Origin: Wickerhamiella versatilis
Lineage: Eukaryota
DNA: 64,000 nt
Direction: 5' to 3'
Assembly (NCBI GenBank): GCA_030867685.1
Contig: JAQOWU010000008.1
Coordinates: 3,658,001-3,722,000, forward strand
Below the pieces are notes generated by a model, which saw only the letters and a program-made list of their open reading frames with translations, was not told where the DNA came from and did no database searches. Positions 20,436 through 30,758 of the stretch are shown piece after piece. Both the position numbers and the translations under genes were made by a program. Numbering within the stretch: position 1 is the first letter of the stretch; the number at the start of each line of letters is the position of its first letter.

Positions 20436-22265
20436 ATGGAGCCACCGCGTGTAAACCCGCGGCTTAGCAGTGTTACTCGGCGTAGTCGGGTACAAGGTGA
20501 GCTCCGGCGTTTCGGAGAGTATCATCTCGTCCGGACGCTCGGCGAGGGTGAATTCGGCTTGGTTAAGCTTGGGGTTCGGCGCGCTGCTGCGGGACCGGGG
20601 GCTAATCAGGTTGCCATAAAGCTCATCCGTAAGGAAACGGTACCACAAGGGAGTGCAAGGTTGGTGAAAGTGTACCGTGAGATTAACGCCCTGAAGCGAT
20701 GTCACCATCCTAACATTGTCACCCTTGAGGATGTACTGCAAGATCAGCATCACATTGGAATAATATTGGATTTTGCATCTGGTGGAGAGATGTATAATTA
20801 TTTGCAGGCTAGACGGCACCTTGATGAGACTGAGGGTTCGCGTCTGTTTGCCCAGCTGGTATCTGGCGTTCACTACCTTCACAGCAAAGGCATTGTCCAC
20901 CGCGACCTTAAGTTGGAGAACTTGCTGCTAGATAACAAGAGAAATATCGTCATTACCGACTTTGGGTTCGCCAATAGTTTTACGAAGGGGCGTCGTGGAG
21001 AGCACTACTTAATGCAAACGAGCTGCGGCTCTCCTTGCTACGCTGCACCAGAGTTGGTACTTAGTGACAAGCCTTATGACGGACGCACGGTCGATGTTTG
21101 GTCTTCTGGAGTGATTCTCTACGCCATGCTGTCCGGCTATTTGCCATGGGATGATGACCCTAATAATCCTGAGTCGGAAGATGTTTCCCGCCTGTATCGT
21201 TATATTACCAACACTCCGCTTAAGTTTGAAAGTTATGTCTCCCCCCAAGCCCGGGATCTTTTACGACAAATTCTTGTACCTAATCCGTCGCGCCGATTGC
21301 CACTTAGCAATGTAAGGCGTCATCCATGGCTCAGTGGGCAAGTAGCATTCCTGTCGATGACACCCCGTGAGTTTGACGAAATGGCATTGCGGGAGAAGAA
21401 GGCTCCACAAGTGGCTACACCCCAGTCAGCTTCCAGCGCAGCAGCTGCTGCAGGCGCGGCTCACTCGCGAAGGCAGTCAATTCAAGTGGTCCAGTCCCCT
21501 TCAGCGGTCCAATATGGTCATTCACGCCGGGTTAGTGCGGCACCAGCGCCCCTAGATGCTGTCTCGAAGGAAGTGTCAGGCCTAAATATTCATGCACCAC
21601 CACGTCCTGTCCAGTCTCGGAATCGAGGGCCCGCTAAACCGCGACCGGTTTCTTTCCAGCCCACAGGTAATATGTCACTTGAGCTTGCCACTAGCAACTC
21701 ACTGTATACACCACGAGCCGCTGCACCTCGTGTAGAACTCTCGCACGTGCCATCCAAATCTGGTGAAATAAGCCGTCCAAATTCATTCGTCGAGGTTGAA
21801 AAGCCAAGACACCAGCGCACTCTCAGTAAAGCCAGTGAAGAGTCAGAGCTTGTTGTAAGCCCACCGGTGAGACCCGCGCGCCAGCCTCCTGTCTCAGAGT
21901 CGACTAACTCCCTGTCGACCTTGAAGGCACAGTCAACACAGCCTTCTGTCTCGCAGACCAGCCAGAATGCAACATCTGGCGACATATCTCGGCCTGAGAG
22001 CAAGAGGAAAATACCCTGGTCCTCAAGCTTTCGACTTCTTGGTGACCAGAAGCGGCAGTCTGCGATGCCTGTCGATACCCGGAGACATTCGGCAGTCCCT
22101 GTCTCAGTTAAAGCAATACCCTCTAATGCAAATAGCCGTTCCAAGCGGCATAGTTTGGCATTTGTTCCTGAAGCACCCCCTGCAAAGGCTAAAGAAAATG
22201 CACCAAAGCCAAGAAACAAGTTTTTCGATTTCTTCAAGCGCCGCTCGATGGTTGCAGGAAACTAG
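20436..22265 (+). CDS. KIN4: Ser/Thr kinase of the Kin4/Frk1 family
   Basis: TLGEGEFGLVKLG, REINALK, LMQTSCGSPCYAAPEL, GYLPWDDDP, C-terminal FDFFKRRS. Confidence 0.85.
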   Translation: MEPPRVNPRLSSVTRRSRVQGELRRFGEYHLVRTLGEGEFGLVKLGVRRAAAGPGANQVAIKLIRKETVPQGSARLVKVYREINALKRCHHPNIVTLEDVLQDQHHIGIILDFASGGEMYNYLQARRHLDETEGSRLFAQLVSGVHYLHSKGIVHRDLKLENLLLDNKRNIVITDFGFANSFTKGRRGEHYLMQTSCGSPCYAAPELVLSDKPYDGRTVDVWSSGVILYAMLSGYLPWDDDPNNPESEDVSRLYRYITNTPLKFESYVSPQARDLLRQILVPNPSRRLPLSNVRRHPWLSGQVAFLSMTPREFDEMALREKKAPQVATPQSASSAAAAAGAAHSRRQSIQVVQSPSAVQYGHSRRVSAAPAPLDAVSKEVSGLNIHAPPRPVQSRNRGPAKPRPVSFQPTGNMSLELATSNSLYTPRAAAPRVELSHVPSKSGEISRPNSFVEVEKPRHQRTLSKASEESELVVSPPVRPARQPPVSESTNSLSTLKAQSTQPSVSQTSQNATSGDISRPESKRKIPWSSSFRLLGDQKRQSAMPVDTRRHSAVPVSVKAIPSNANSRSKRHSLAFVPEAPPAKAKENAPKPRNKFFDFFKRRSMVAGN

Positions 22266-22497
22266 ATACCATTTGCACAGCATTATATCACCATATAACT
22301 TTCGTTTTATATTAGATTAAGTTGGAGCCTAACTAAAGCAATTATATTTATTTTGCAAGTATGTGCACGCATGGAATGCGTGACTGTCCTCCTTTATATA
22401 TGCCCTTATACTGTGTATGTGATTGAGAAGGACGGTGCTAAGGCCCATCAATGTGTATGTATATGTGCGTATGATGCCTATAGCTTTTGTTTTCGGC

Positions 22498-22824
22498 TCA
22501 CTTATTAGATATTTCATGCTGTCCCAAAGTAGGAAGGACAGCCATGGACGGGGACAGCAAATCCGTTGAGATATTTGCCTCACCCAAGTATTTCCCGATA
22601 ATAATGTTAGCGGTGAAGAACTTGGAAGTGCACCTGTCAACGCAGCACATTTCACCTTTTGAAAGTTCGCCCTCCGCGTAGTGATGAGAGAAGCACTTCT
22701 TCTTGCAAGTATCTATGATGTCCCTATGCAGCTCAGTTAACATTTCAAGTTGCTGATCCGCTGCCTCTATCTTCTCTGGGTCACTAGGAAGGGCGCTTGT
22801 AGCGGCCCCCATGAAGAACGACAT
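22498..22824 (-). CDS. Small Tim chaperone (Tim10/Tim12 family)
   Basis: Twin CX3C motif (CKKKC...GEMCCVDRC). Length and MSFF start are Tim12-like, other parts Tim10-like. Confidence 0.85.
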   Translation of the reverse strand: MSFFMGAATSALPSDPEKIEAADQQLEMLTELHRDIIDTCKKKCFSHHYAEGELSKGEMCCVDRCTSKFFTANIIIGKYLGEANISTDLLSPSMAVLPTLGQHEISNK

Positions 22825-23166
22825 CTTGCTGACTGGTTTGGGAATCGGTGGAGAAGAAGTACAGAATGAAAGATGTGATAATAGGTAGTTTGGCAGTTTT
22901 GAATTTGCTTATGCTTTTATAATTTATTTCTCAGGTGATAAGAAACCATTGTAGGAAGTATTCCTGTCGCACCTTTGAAATACCTCACCATTTACCCAAG
23001 TCTCCTCTGGTTGAAAACAAGCAACATTGGAGAAGTCAGGGGCGTCACAATGTTCTAACTCTAGAGAGAAAAAAATAATAACTAAGTATCACCACCCTTT
23101 ATCTAGCTATTTAGCGACATGGTGCAAATCCTCATGACAGCAAATTCTGGTCCTCGCTATATCAGC

Positions 23167-23427
23167 CTACGATGTTGAAGGCTTCTGCAGCTTCCATATC
23201 GAGTTGTACTTGAATATCTCAGGTGCGATAGGGCTATCGGACTGATCCCGCGGTTTGTTTACAAGCCGAATATCGCGCTCCTGCAATGCCCGATCGAATG
23301 CATCGACATTCCACAGGTCACGACGGCCACCACCTCTAATGTAATGCAAAGCACTCATACCACCACCACACACAGTGAGAAGGCCCAACATGACCCCATA
23401 GGGCAAGAGTGCCTCGAAAGGAATCAT
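23167..23427 (-). CDS. Complex I accessory subunit NDUFA1/MWFE (NIMM-like)
   Basis: PFEALLPY, single transmembrane segment, D.FDR...ERD.RL motif. ATG at 23427. Confidence 0.85.
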   Translation of the reverse strand: MIPFEALLPYGVMLGLLTVCGGGMSALHYIRGGGRRDLWNVDAFDRALQERDIRLVNKPRDQSDSPIAPEIFKYNSIWKLQKPSTS

Positions 23428-23735
23428 AGTCAATCAGAGACTGCGATTGGTTTAGACTTACGTAAGTCCCTACTACGAACTTGGCCAACTCTTCTGTTGA
23501 AGCGAGTGTTAGTTAAAGCGTTAACACGAACGTCAGATGCCTAAATCCCTATGAGGTGCGCAAACATATGGCTACAGGATTCCTATGTAAATTCCTATGT
23601 CCAAACAATTGACACTCTTGTTAACACGACCAACATCCAATTAATTCCATCATGACCGATCGTCATTTGATGAATTCTTATTTTGTGGTTTAAAAAACTA
23701 CTGGTCATTTATATTAGCACATTCCAGCACTCATT

Positions 23736-24059
23736 TTAAATGTTAGAGGGGTAGAGCATAACACGAACCGATGCACCGAAAGTCTTGGGAGGCAGATTCT
23801 TGCGGAAGTTGGCACGTACAGCACCTGTGTTGCCGTGCGGGCGAACGATCTTGCCCCAGATTACACGAAGCTTGGTTCCACGCTTCTCCTTTGATGCACG
23901 GTAAACGTATGCGACCTTCTTACCGTTGTACCAAGCCGCTTCATCCTTGTTCTGAACACCATCTATGTGAAGCAACGAGATGTTTGGGTTGTTCTGGCGC
24001 TTAGAGCGCTGGTAAGATACATGCCGCGCCTTCTGGTACAGTCTGTTGTTGGCAGCCAT
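23736..24059 (-). CDS. RPL33: 60S ribosomal protein eL33, intronless
   Basis: [16 protein letters not shown]...[13 protein letters not shown]...MLYPSNI; 107 aa from ATG 24059. Confidence 0.96.
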   Translation of the reverse strand: MAANNRLYQKARHVSYQRSKRQNNPNISLLHIDGVQNKDEAAWYNGKKVAYVYRASKEKRGTKLRVIWGKIVRPHGNTGAVRANFRKNLPPKTFGASVRVMLYPSNI

Positions 24060-24125
24060 CTGGTCTGTGGAAGGGAGAGACAACGACGGACGTGGTGAGT
24101 TGGGTGACCGCTGAGTCGGTTACGC

Positions 24126-24142
24126 TTAGGGCTAAGCCCTAA
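24126..24142. promoter_or_regulatory. Tbf1-type palindrome TTAGGG-N5-CCCTAA in the RPL33 promoter
   Basis: TTAGGGCTAAGCCCTAA about 67 bp upstream of the ATG. Confidence 0.6.
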
Positions 24143-24461
24143 AACCTTACCCTGCAATATAGGCATTTCATCAACTCCTGAATTCGGAGTAGGAGGCAGA
24201 AATAAATAGCTGTAAATCAGCAGATAGTTTCAAATTGGTGCCTCATGTTCGTATTTGGTTCGGCAAACAGTCTTTAGGAGGCCAATAAGTAGCTACTTGA
24301 AAAATGCTATCATTTTAACCATTATTATACTCTTCGCATAAATTGATCTTATATTTTGTCAAATCTGTGTTTTTTCGCGCTGCAAAAGTGGATTAAGACT
24401 AAGTTTTAACAATACGGAGCTTGTAAACACCTGATTGGGTTAGTCATCACAAAGACTACGG

Positions 24462-26414
24462 ATGCACGTGTTCCTAACTAACGATGATGGTCCCCCTAAT
24501 GAGACTTCATCGCCTTATATATTGGATTTCGCTAACACTATAACCGAGGAAACTGATTGGGATTTGAGTATCGGTGTTCCCATTCAGCAGCGCTCTTGGA
24601 TTGGGAAGGCGCACATAATCGGTGAAGATGTGCATGCCTCTTACTTGTATACCACGAAGGATGGTCAAAAGGAAGGACCGGTAAGTGCACCAGAACCAAA
24701 TAACAAGAATCTTGAGTGGACACTATTGACGGGAACTCCTGCATCCTGTGCCAATATTGGTTGCACGTACCTCTACAAAGAGAAGGGACCTGTAGATCTG
24801 GTGATCAGCGGTCCCAATTATGGCAGAAATACCTCTGCTGCTTATATTTTGAGCAGTGGCACAGTGGGAGCAGCGCTTGAGGCAAATCTGTCGGGCCGGC
24901 GCTCGATTGCCTTATCATTCAGTTATACACAGGTAAAACATCCTAAAGAGCATGTCAAAATGGCAAGTCGACTTTCCATTCGGCTAATAAATTGGTTGCT
25001 ACATCACTGGCAACCGAATGTCCGGACTTATGCCGTCAATGTCCCACTTTTCCCAGGACTTAGTTTGCAAACACCAATAAAATGGACTCCTATACTCGAG
25101 AACGAGTGGTCTTCAATATTTAAGGAAACGAAACCTGGAGTATTCAAGTGGTCTCCTGACTACAGCTTGTGCGATGAGACTGTCTTTGCTGCAGGTCCTG
25201 GATCCGATGCATGGACCATAATGCATAATGAAGTATCTGTGTCACCAATCCGTGCTATATTTCAAAATGTACCTCCTCCTGATGAAGAAATTAAGCTTGA
25301 GTAAGTATTATTCGATCCGCTAAAAAGCTCAAATACTCACCAATGTAGAAGTGCATATATAGACCCCAAGGACCCCTATGTTTATCATGCGTGGGCGAAT
25401 GGTTTGGCCGCATTTGGAATTAGGCCTGATGCGTTGCTAGAAGATAACCCTATCTTCATTTATCAAGACTACGATAATATCGACTTCGAACGTCGTAAGC
25501 ACGATGGAAGACATATTGAGTATGCGTTTGCATACAGAAAGGCTCTCACTCGCAAAATGTATTTAGCACGTACAATTGCTCATTACTGTGCGAAGCGTCC
25601 AGGATCAATACTGGTCCGTGCTTTTCCTGAAAGTTACGACCTCGAGCTAGATTATGCAGAGTTCTTGGACGATGCACTGGACGAATCATACGAGCTCCGT
25701 CAGGAGATAGAAAAAGAACAAAAACTATGGATTCTTAAACCATCTTTGGGTGAGCGTGCTGAAGGTATTCGCGTTTTTCGCGACATGTCGGAGTTACAAG
25801 ACGTCTGCAATGAGTTAGAGAATGTTAAAACTCCCGATGACGAAGGTTTGCTAAATTTATTCCGCCACTTTACAGTACAGGAATACATATCGAATCCAAT
25901 GCTTCTTCTTGGTGGTCGCAAATTCCATCTTCGAGTATATGTCCTATGTACTGGTGATCTCAAGGTCTGGGTGTGGCGGGAAATATTAGCGCTGTTTGCA
26001 GGTTCCAAGTATTCAGAAGACCTTTCAAATCTTAGTGGTCACCTCACCAATACTTGTTATCAGGGAGAAAACGCCATTGTGCAACTTTTGTCTCAGTTGG
26101 ACCTGGATCACCATGCAGTAATAAAAGAAATTGAGGAGGTTGTGCGAGATGTATTTTTGGCAGCTAGTGGTGAAACAATTTACTTCCAGCCTCGTCCAGA
26201 TGAATTCGAATTCTTTGGTGTTGATTTCTTGGTTGATTCCAACTCACATGTACATCTGCTTGAGGTTAACGCCTACCCAGATTTCAAGCAGACAGGATCT
26301 GAATTACAGTTTGTAGTTAGTGATCTTTTCAAGGCTACGGTGAGTGCTATTATCGCGCCCCTTTATGGTATGAAATCTATACCTGACAAGCGGCTTCACC
26401 AGGTTCTGGGGTAA
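24462..26414 (+). CDS. PBY1: Pby1: SurE-like domain plus tubulin-tyrosine-ligase-like domain; exons 24462-25300 + 25349-26414 (634 aa)
   Basis: TNDDG, GTPASC, SGPNYGRN (SurE); ESYDLELDYAEFLDDAL, WILKPS, RKFHLRVY, LLEVNAYPDF (TTL). A 48-nt intron joins the two ORFs in frame. Confidence 0.9.
25301..25348 (+). other. Spliceosomal intron (48 nt) in PBY1
   Basis: GTAAGT ... TACTCAC ... TGTAG. Removal joins GA|A (Glu) and opens the frame into the TTL ORF. Confidence 0.85.
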
Positions 26415-26484
26415 AACTGGTTATTCGCCTCCATTATAGCTAGCTCTATGCATAGATACTCATTAAATATACTAGTCTGTAGTT

Positions 26485-27354
26485 TTAATCTGACCTTTCT
26501 TCTGCAGTCTCCTCGACGTGGGAATCTCCGCGGGCAGCCTCTTCCTCTAGTGCCTGTTGCTCGCGCATTTGCTCTCCCCATTCATCTACACCATTCTCAA
26601 TCTCAACATAATCCTCGTTGTTCATTTCATGACACCACATACGCACACGCCGGCGTCGTCTCATGGTACGCTCAATGCCAGAACGAACGACATAAATGCA
26701 CCGCACGAATTCCTGCATTCGTTGGCTGGCAACTTGAAGGAGCTGGCGAAGCTCCTCGGCATGATCAGGATCCAAGTTGAGGTTTCGGTCCACATCGACA
26801 TGAGGGATTGTAAAAAACCGATCTATATCAGTGCCATTACCCTCAGGGAGAACCATCTTTCGAGCATCAAGCATATTAGCGTCATCTCCAAGAAATGCTG
26901 ACAATAAGTTTTGTATCTTAGACAAACGGCATTTTTCAGTATGCAGTATATCCATGAGTCCAAAAGACATTTTATCAAGCTGAGTCGAGCTGAAAGTCTT
27001 TGATAAGGCCGGATGACCAGGAACTTCTGCAGGGTCACTTATTGGCCGAAGTATCTTGTCCACATCGATATTGTCTAACACGTTATCATTGTCCGGGTCG
27101 TCTAAAAATATTTTGCGCCTCTTAGCAACCAGCGCATGTTTTTTCCCACCTTGCTCAACCAGCCTCACCGAAACGTCGCTGGACGGTATATCAAGAGAGC
27201 TCCGGGATACAAATCGCGCACCACGTTTAAGCTTGTTGCCTAAATTCGTGCGTGCCTCACCAATTTCTTCCGCATCTGAATCGGAAGCATCATCATTTAG
27301 CTCCAGAGTTTCCTTTAGCTTTTTGACGCAGTCCACGATATCTGTATCTGCCAT
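26485..27354 (-). CDS. RXT2: Rpd3L histone deacetylase complex subunit Rxt2
   Basis: TNLGNKLKRGARFV, IDVDKILRPIS.P.E...HP.LS..F, EELRQLLQVASQRMQEFVR. Confidence 0.85.
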   Translation of the reverse strand: MADTDIVDCVKKLKETLELNDDASDSDAEEIGEARTNLGNKLKRGARFVSRSSLDIPSSDVSVRLVEQGGKKHALVAKRRKIFLDDPDNDNVLDNIDVDKILRPISDPAEVPGHPALSKTFSSTQLDKMSFGLMDILHTEKCRLSKIQNLLSAFLGDDANMLDARKMVLPEGNGTDIDRFFTIPHVDVDRNLNLDPDHAEELRQLLQVASQRMQEFVRCIYVVRSGIERTMRRRRRVRMWCHEMNNEDYVEIENGVDEWGEQMREQQALEEEAARGDSHVEETAEERSD

Positions 27355-27420
27355 GATGACAAATAACAGTTAGAGGACGCCTACAACAAGTTCGTAAATA
27401 CTTAATTACTTTAATTTATT

Positions 27421-27966
27421 TTAAAACGCATCTGCTCTCACTTGCTCTTGTGGAGTAAGTGGGGGCAGAAATTCTAAAGGTCTCAAGCTACGCGGAGAAA
27501 TGGGTAGGACAAGGCGGAAGGCATCGCTCGTATCAGAGTAATATCGATGCATGCGTCGAGTCCTTAAGAACCCCTGACTCTCATAGAGATTTACAGCAGC
27601 ATTATTTGCACACTCGGCTTCGAGTACAACTTCATCTGCTTTAAGCTGCTTGAATGCTTCCACCTGACGCTGAATCAATAGCTTGGCAATACCCCGCCCG
27701 CGGTAACTCTTCTGCACTGCGACAATAGCTACATATCCCCTCCGTTTACGCTCATGATGTGAAACAAGGTTTCCTACTATCGTACCGATGATCTCGCCTG
27801 AACTATCATCAACTGCAAACATTGCCAGCTCCGGCCAGTTCTTGATAAAGTAGAAATATATACTCAAGCTGTATGGCTCACTGAGGTCATCTGCCACTAA
27901 TCGGTGTACAGCAGAAATGTCTCTATATTCTTCTTTGGGGTCAAAGTTCCGAAAACTCACGCCCAT
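27421..27966 (-). CDS. MAK3: NatC catalytic N-terminal acetyltransferase
   Basis: DLSEPYS, RGYVAIVAV...YRGRGIA, LYE..GF.R.RRMHRYY. Confidence 0.92.
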   Translation of the reverse strand: MGVSFRNFDPKEEYRDISAVHRLVADDLSEPYSLSIYFYFIKNWPELAMFAVDDSSGEIIGTIVGNLVSHHERKRRGYVAIVAVQKSYRGRGIAKLLIQRQVEAFKQLKADEVVLEAECANNAAVNLYESQGFLRTRRMHRYYSDTSDAFRLVLPISPRSLRPLEFLPPLTPQEQVRADAF

Positions 27967-28456
27967 CGTCGACTGCTTAGCAATAAAAGAGGGAAGTTTT
28001 AGGCCGTACAGATTTCCTTTGGAAATGAGAAGAGCTTTCTCTAAAAAGATTGTTTAATAGAGTTACTTTTGTCCATGTAACAAATTTTTTTTATTTTTTA
28101 CATAGCTCTTTTTGTGTTATCACAGGCCTAAATTTGAATTGCGTACCAAAGCTCTCCACGTCCGTATATCGTATCAATGGGTTGACTTCTGATTACTTTC
28201 GAATTGTCCAACCCGCTAAAATAAATCCGGGCCTCTGACTTATGATACTCCAGTGATTCGGATCTGCACTTTGACTTAGCTTGTTAGCCTGTCACATCAC
28301 GACTTTACATCTAAGCATATGTGGGAATGAATCCCTACATCAGAACTACTGGACTCGGCATTGACGAAGTTTGATACCTTCCAAATGTAGTACCTTTATC
28401 CCAACACCGACACAATATATGATTAAGACACACACCGGTTACAATAGCTGTGCGGC

Positions 28457-30640
28457 ATGAATGTTTACAATTCATATACTGGGTCTTGCACAGTACTAGA
28501 TCCAGAAAATGTCGCCAGCATTGATGAATTGAAAAGCTATCTAGCGGAAAAGTATAATATGGCGGAAAGTCATGTCCTGCTCCTTGTGGCGCCCGGAGGT
28601 TCGCAGCTAAAGCTAGAGCACATCAAGCCGGGAGTCGAGGTATATGTATATGATCGGGAGCTTATATTTGATCGTGATTTGGCAGCCTCAAGGCTTGAGT
28701 CGTCCCGAATGGTCCTTCAGACGACACCAGAGGCAAGTACACATTTATCACAGATGGGAGGGTCCAGGGATCAATGGCAAACAGGTTTAAGTATCGCAGC
28801 CAAGTATGAGAAGGTTCAAAAAGAGGTTCAAGTCATTAATAAAGGAATACAGCTGGCTCTTGCACATATGAGCAGTAATTTAAGGGCTTTGAGGCATCAC
28901 CTGCGAGGCGCTCTAAAGATCTCTCGAGAGCTTGGTGAAGACTACAAGGCCGTTTCTCACTGGGAACCTACTTGGAATAAAATACTTCTACTGCCCAAAA
29001 TTGGGGAGTTGCTCCCTACCCTTTTTGACAAAAAAGATGTCCAAGACAGTTACCAGAAATTGCAGCATCAATGGAAAAGTGTAGCTGACAACTTAAGGAG
29101 AGCAGAAAATGAACTTGAATCAATTCGTGTCGATTCTGGAGAATTATTGGTGTCTGGATCGGTTTCCACCCTTCCAAAGGCCGCAGAGACAGGAAGGTTT
29201 GATAACATGGCGCGGGGGTCTGAGGAAGCCAAAGGTAAACCTGCAGAGGAGGGTAATGAAGAAAACAATCCTGCGGATAGTCTGGCTGTAAATGAATTGG
29301 AACGAATTAAGAATACTTGGACCGTTGAGAAGCATGCAGCCCAGACCCGCTTGATCACCATTTCCCAAAAAATTTCAGGCATCCAGAGACGTTCTGCACA
29401 ACTGCGAGTTTTGATAAATGATATCAACAAGGAGTTTAGAGAGGTAGACGACTTGAAAAGTCACGTTGCCAAAGTTATCGATCTACCCTTTGTATTTGGG
29501 GCGTATTTGGCTGAAAGTGAGCAGCGATCTCGTTGGACGGACCAGTTTCGGTATAGGGCCGAGGAAAATGCTTCAAATCTTCGAGAGTCGTATTTAGTGG
29601 AATCAGAAAGGATCGAAAGGTGGACGGATCACTACAAAAAAACAGAGCTAATAACTATGTTACCACCGTTACCGGCTCTACCCAAATTACAAGGGTTCGA
29701 ATTTGACAACGGGGAGGAATCTCACTTACCCAAATTGCCATCCCTTCATGACTACATGCTGGAACTAAAACGTTCAGGCCTGACGGAAATTTATGACGAT
29801 CTTAAAGATGAGATACAAGGCATGACCGCGATGAGCACCAGCCAGGTTAAAAGCATTCGACCTAATCAGCAATATGAGTCAAGGATTCGGCGGCTAGAAA
29901 ATATGCTATTACAGGTCAGGCTGGAGAATAGCAAGTCGAAAGACAGTGATGGTCTCCAAGAGGAAAACAACCGGTTGAGAGCACAAAACAATGCCATTAA
30001 GGCTCGTGTTCGTGACGTTGGCACGAGACTCTACGAACAGACAAATCGGCTTGATAATATCCTGCAGCTTACCGGGCTGAAGGCTACCCGTGACGACGAC
30101 AATTACGAGGTTAGCCGTGTCAAGGGGTTAGACCGCACGCCCGTAGACCCACCACCAATTGATCCAGAATTATTGGAATGGGATACCAAGGATAATTTTG
30201 CAAAGTTCATGCAGCAAACGAATGTGAATATGCCCGTCCTTCGAGATTCTCTAGCGCGACGCTTTGGCGACGTAGAGCGGCTTGCCCGCAAATTACAATC
30301 AGAATCTCGTGGTCTTCGAGAACGTGCACGCAAGGCAGAGCATGAATCTTTGCAGCGACTCGCTCTATCTTCATTTAAACCAGGAGACTTAATTTTATTT
30401 TTGCCTACTCGGGATCCGTCGCGATTGCCTAACCCCTGGGCAGCTTTCAACGCGGGTGCACCCCATTGTTTCTTACATCCGTCACATGTGCAGCAGCTGC
30501 AGGGTCGCGAATACTTAATAGCTCGTGCGGCACGGGTGGAAGCCCGACAGGTGAAGCCGGGTGATGGTGAGAATGAGAATCCATTTGGCCTTGCTGAGGG
30601 ACTGAAATGGAGCTTAATCACAGTACATGGTCACTGGTAA
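28457..30640 (+). CDS. ATG11: Selective autophagy scaffold Atg11 (short form)
   Basis: YESRIRRLENML; claw domain FKPGDLILFLPTR, WAAFN, NPFGL. Confidence 0.85.
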   Translation: MNVYNSYTGSCTVLDPENVASIDELKSYLAEKYNMAESHVLLLVAPGGSQLKLEHIKPGVEVYVYDRELIFDRDLAASRLESSRMVLQTTPEASTHLSQMGGSRDQWQTGLSIAAKYEKVQKEVQVINKGIQLALAHMSSNLRALRHHLRGALKISRELGEDYKAVSHWEPTWNKILLLPKIGELLPTLFDKKDVQDSYQKLQHQWKSVADNLRRAENELESIRVDSGELLVSGSVSTLPKAAETGRFDNMARGSEEAKGKPAEEGNEENNPADSLAVNELERIKNTWTVEKHAAQTRLITISQKISGIQRRSAQLRVLINDINKEFREVDDLKSHVAKVIDLPFVFGAYLAESEQRSRWTDQFRYRAEENASNLRESYLVESERIERWTDHYKKTELITMLPPLPALPKLQGFEFDNGEESHLPKLPSLHDYMLELKRSGLTEIYDDLKDEIQGMTAMSTSQVKSIRPNQQYESRIRRLENMLLQVRLENSKSKDSDGLQEENNRLRAQNNAIKARVRDVGTRLYEQTNRLDNILQLTGLKATRDDDNYEVSRVKGLDRTPVDPPPIDPELLEWDTKDNFAKFMQQTNVNMPVLRDSLARRFGDVERLARKLQSESRGLRERARKAEHESLQRLALSSFKPGDLILFLPTRDPSRLPNPWAAFNAGAPHCFLHPSHVQQLQGREYLIARAARVEARQVKPGDGENENPFGLAEGLKWSLITVHGHW

Positions 30641-30758
30641 GTAGCATTGCATATTATAGAAAAAATAAATAAAAGATTAAGATCCCACCCGTCTTAAGTG
30701 TGACATTTAACTAAGCTAAGCCAGGAATCTGTGTATCTGTATTACGAAATCATAGAGG

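Noticed and set aside
21590-22237. 215-aa minus-strand ORF
   Set aside because: Antisense to the low-complexity tail of KIN4; no recognisable motifs.
24462-26414. SurE and TTL as two separate genes, or a pseudogene/frameshift
   Set aside because: A canonical GT-AG intron joins them in frame, and the second ORF has no suitable ATG.
30637-30724. GTAAGT overlapping the ATG11 stop and a CAG acceptor that would put ATG11 in frame with KES1
   Set aside because: The branch point is poor (CTAAG), and an in-frame TAG two codons before the KES1 ATG blocks any fusion.
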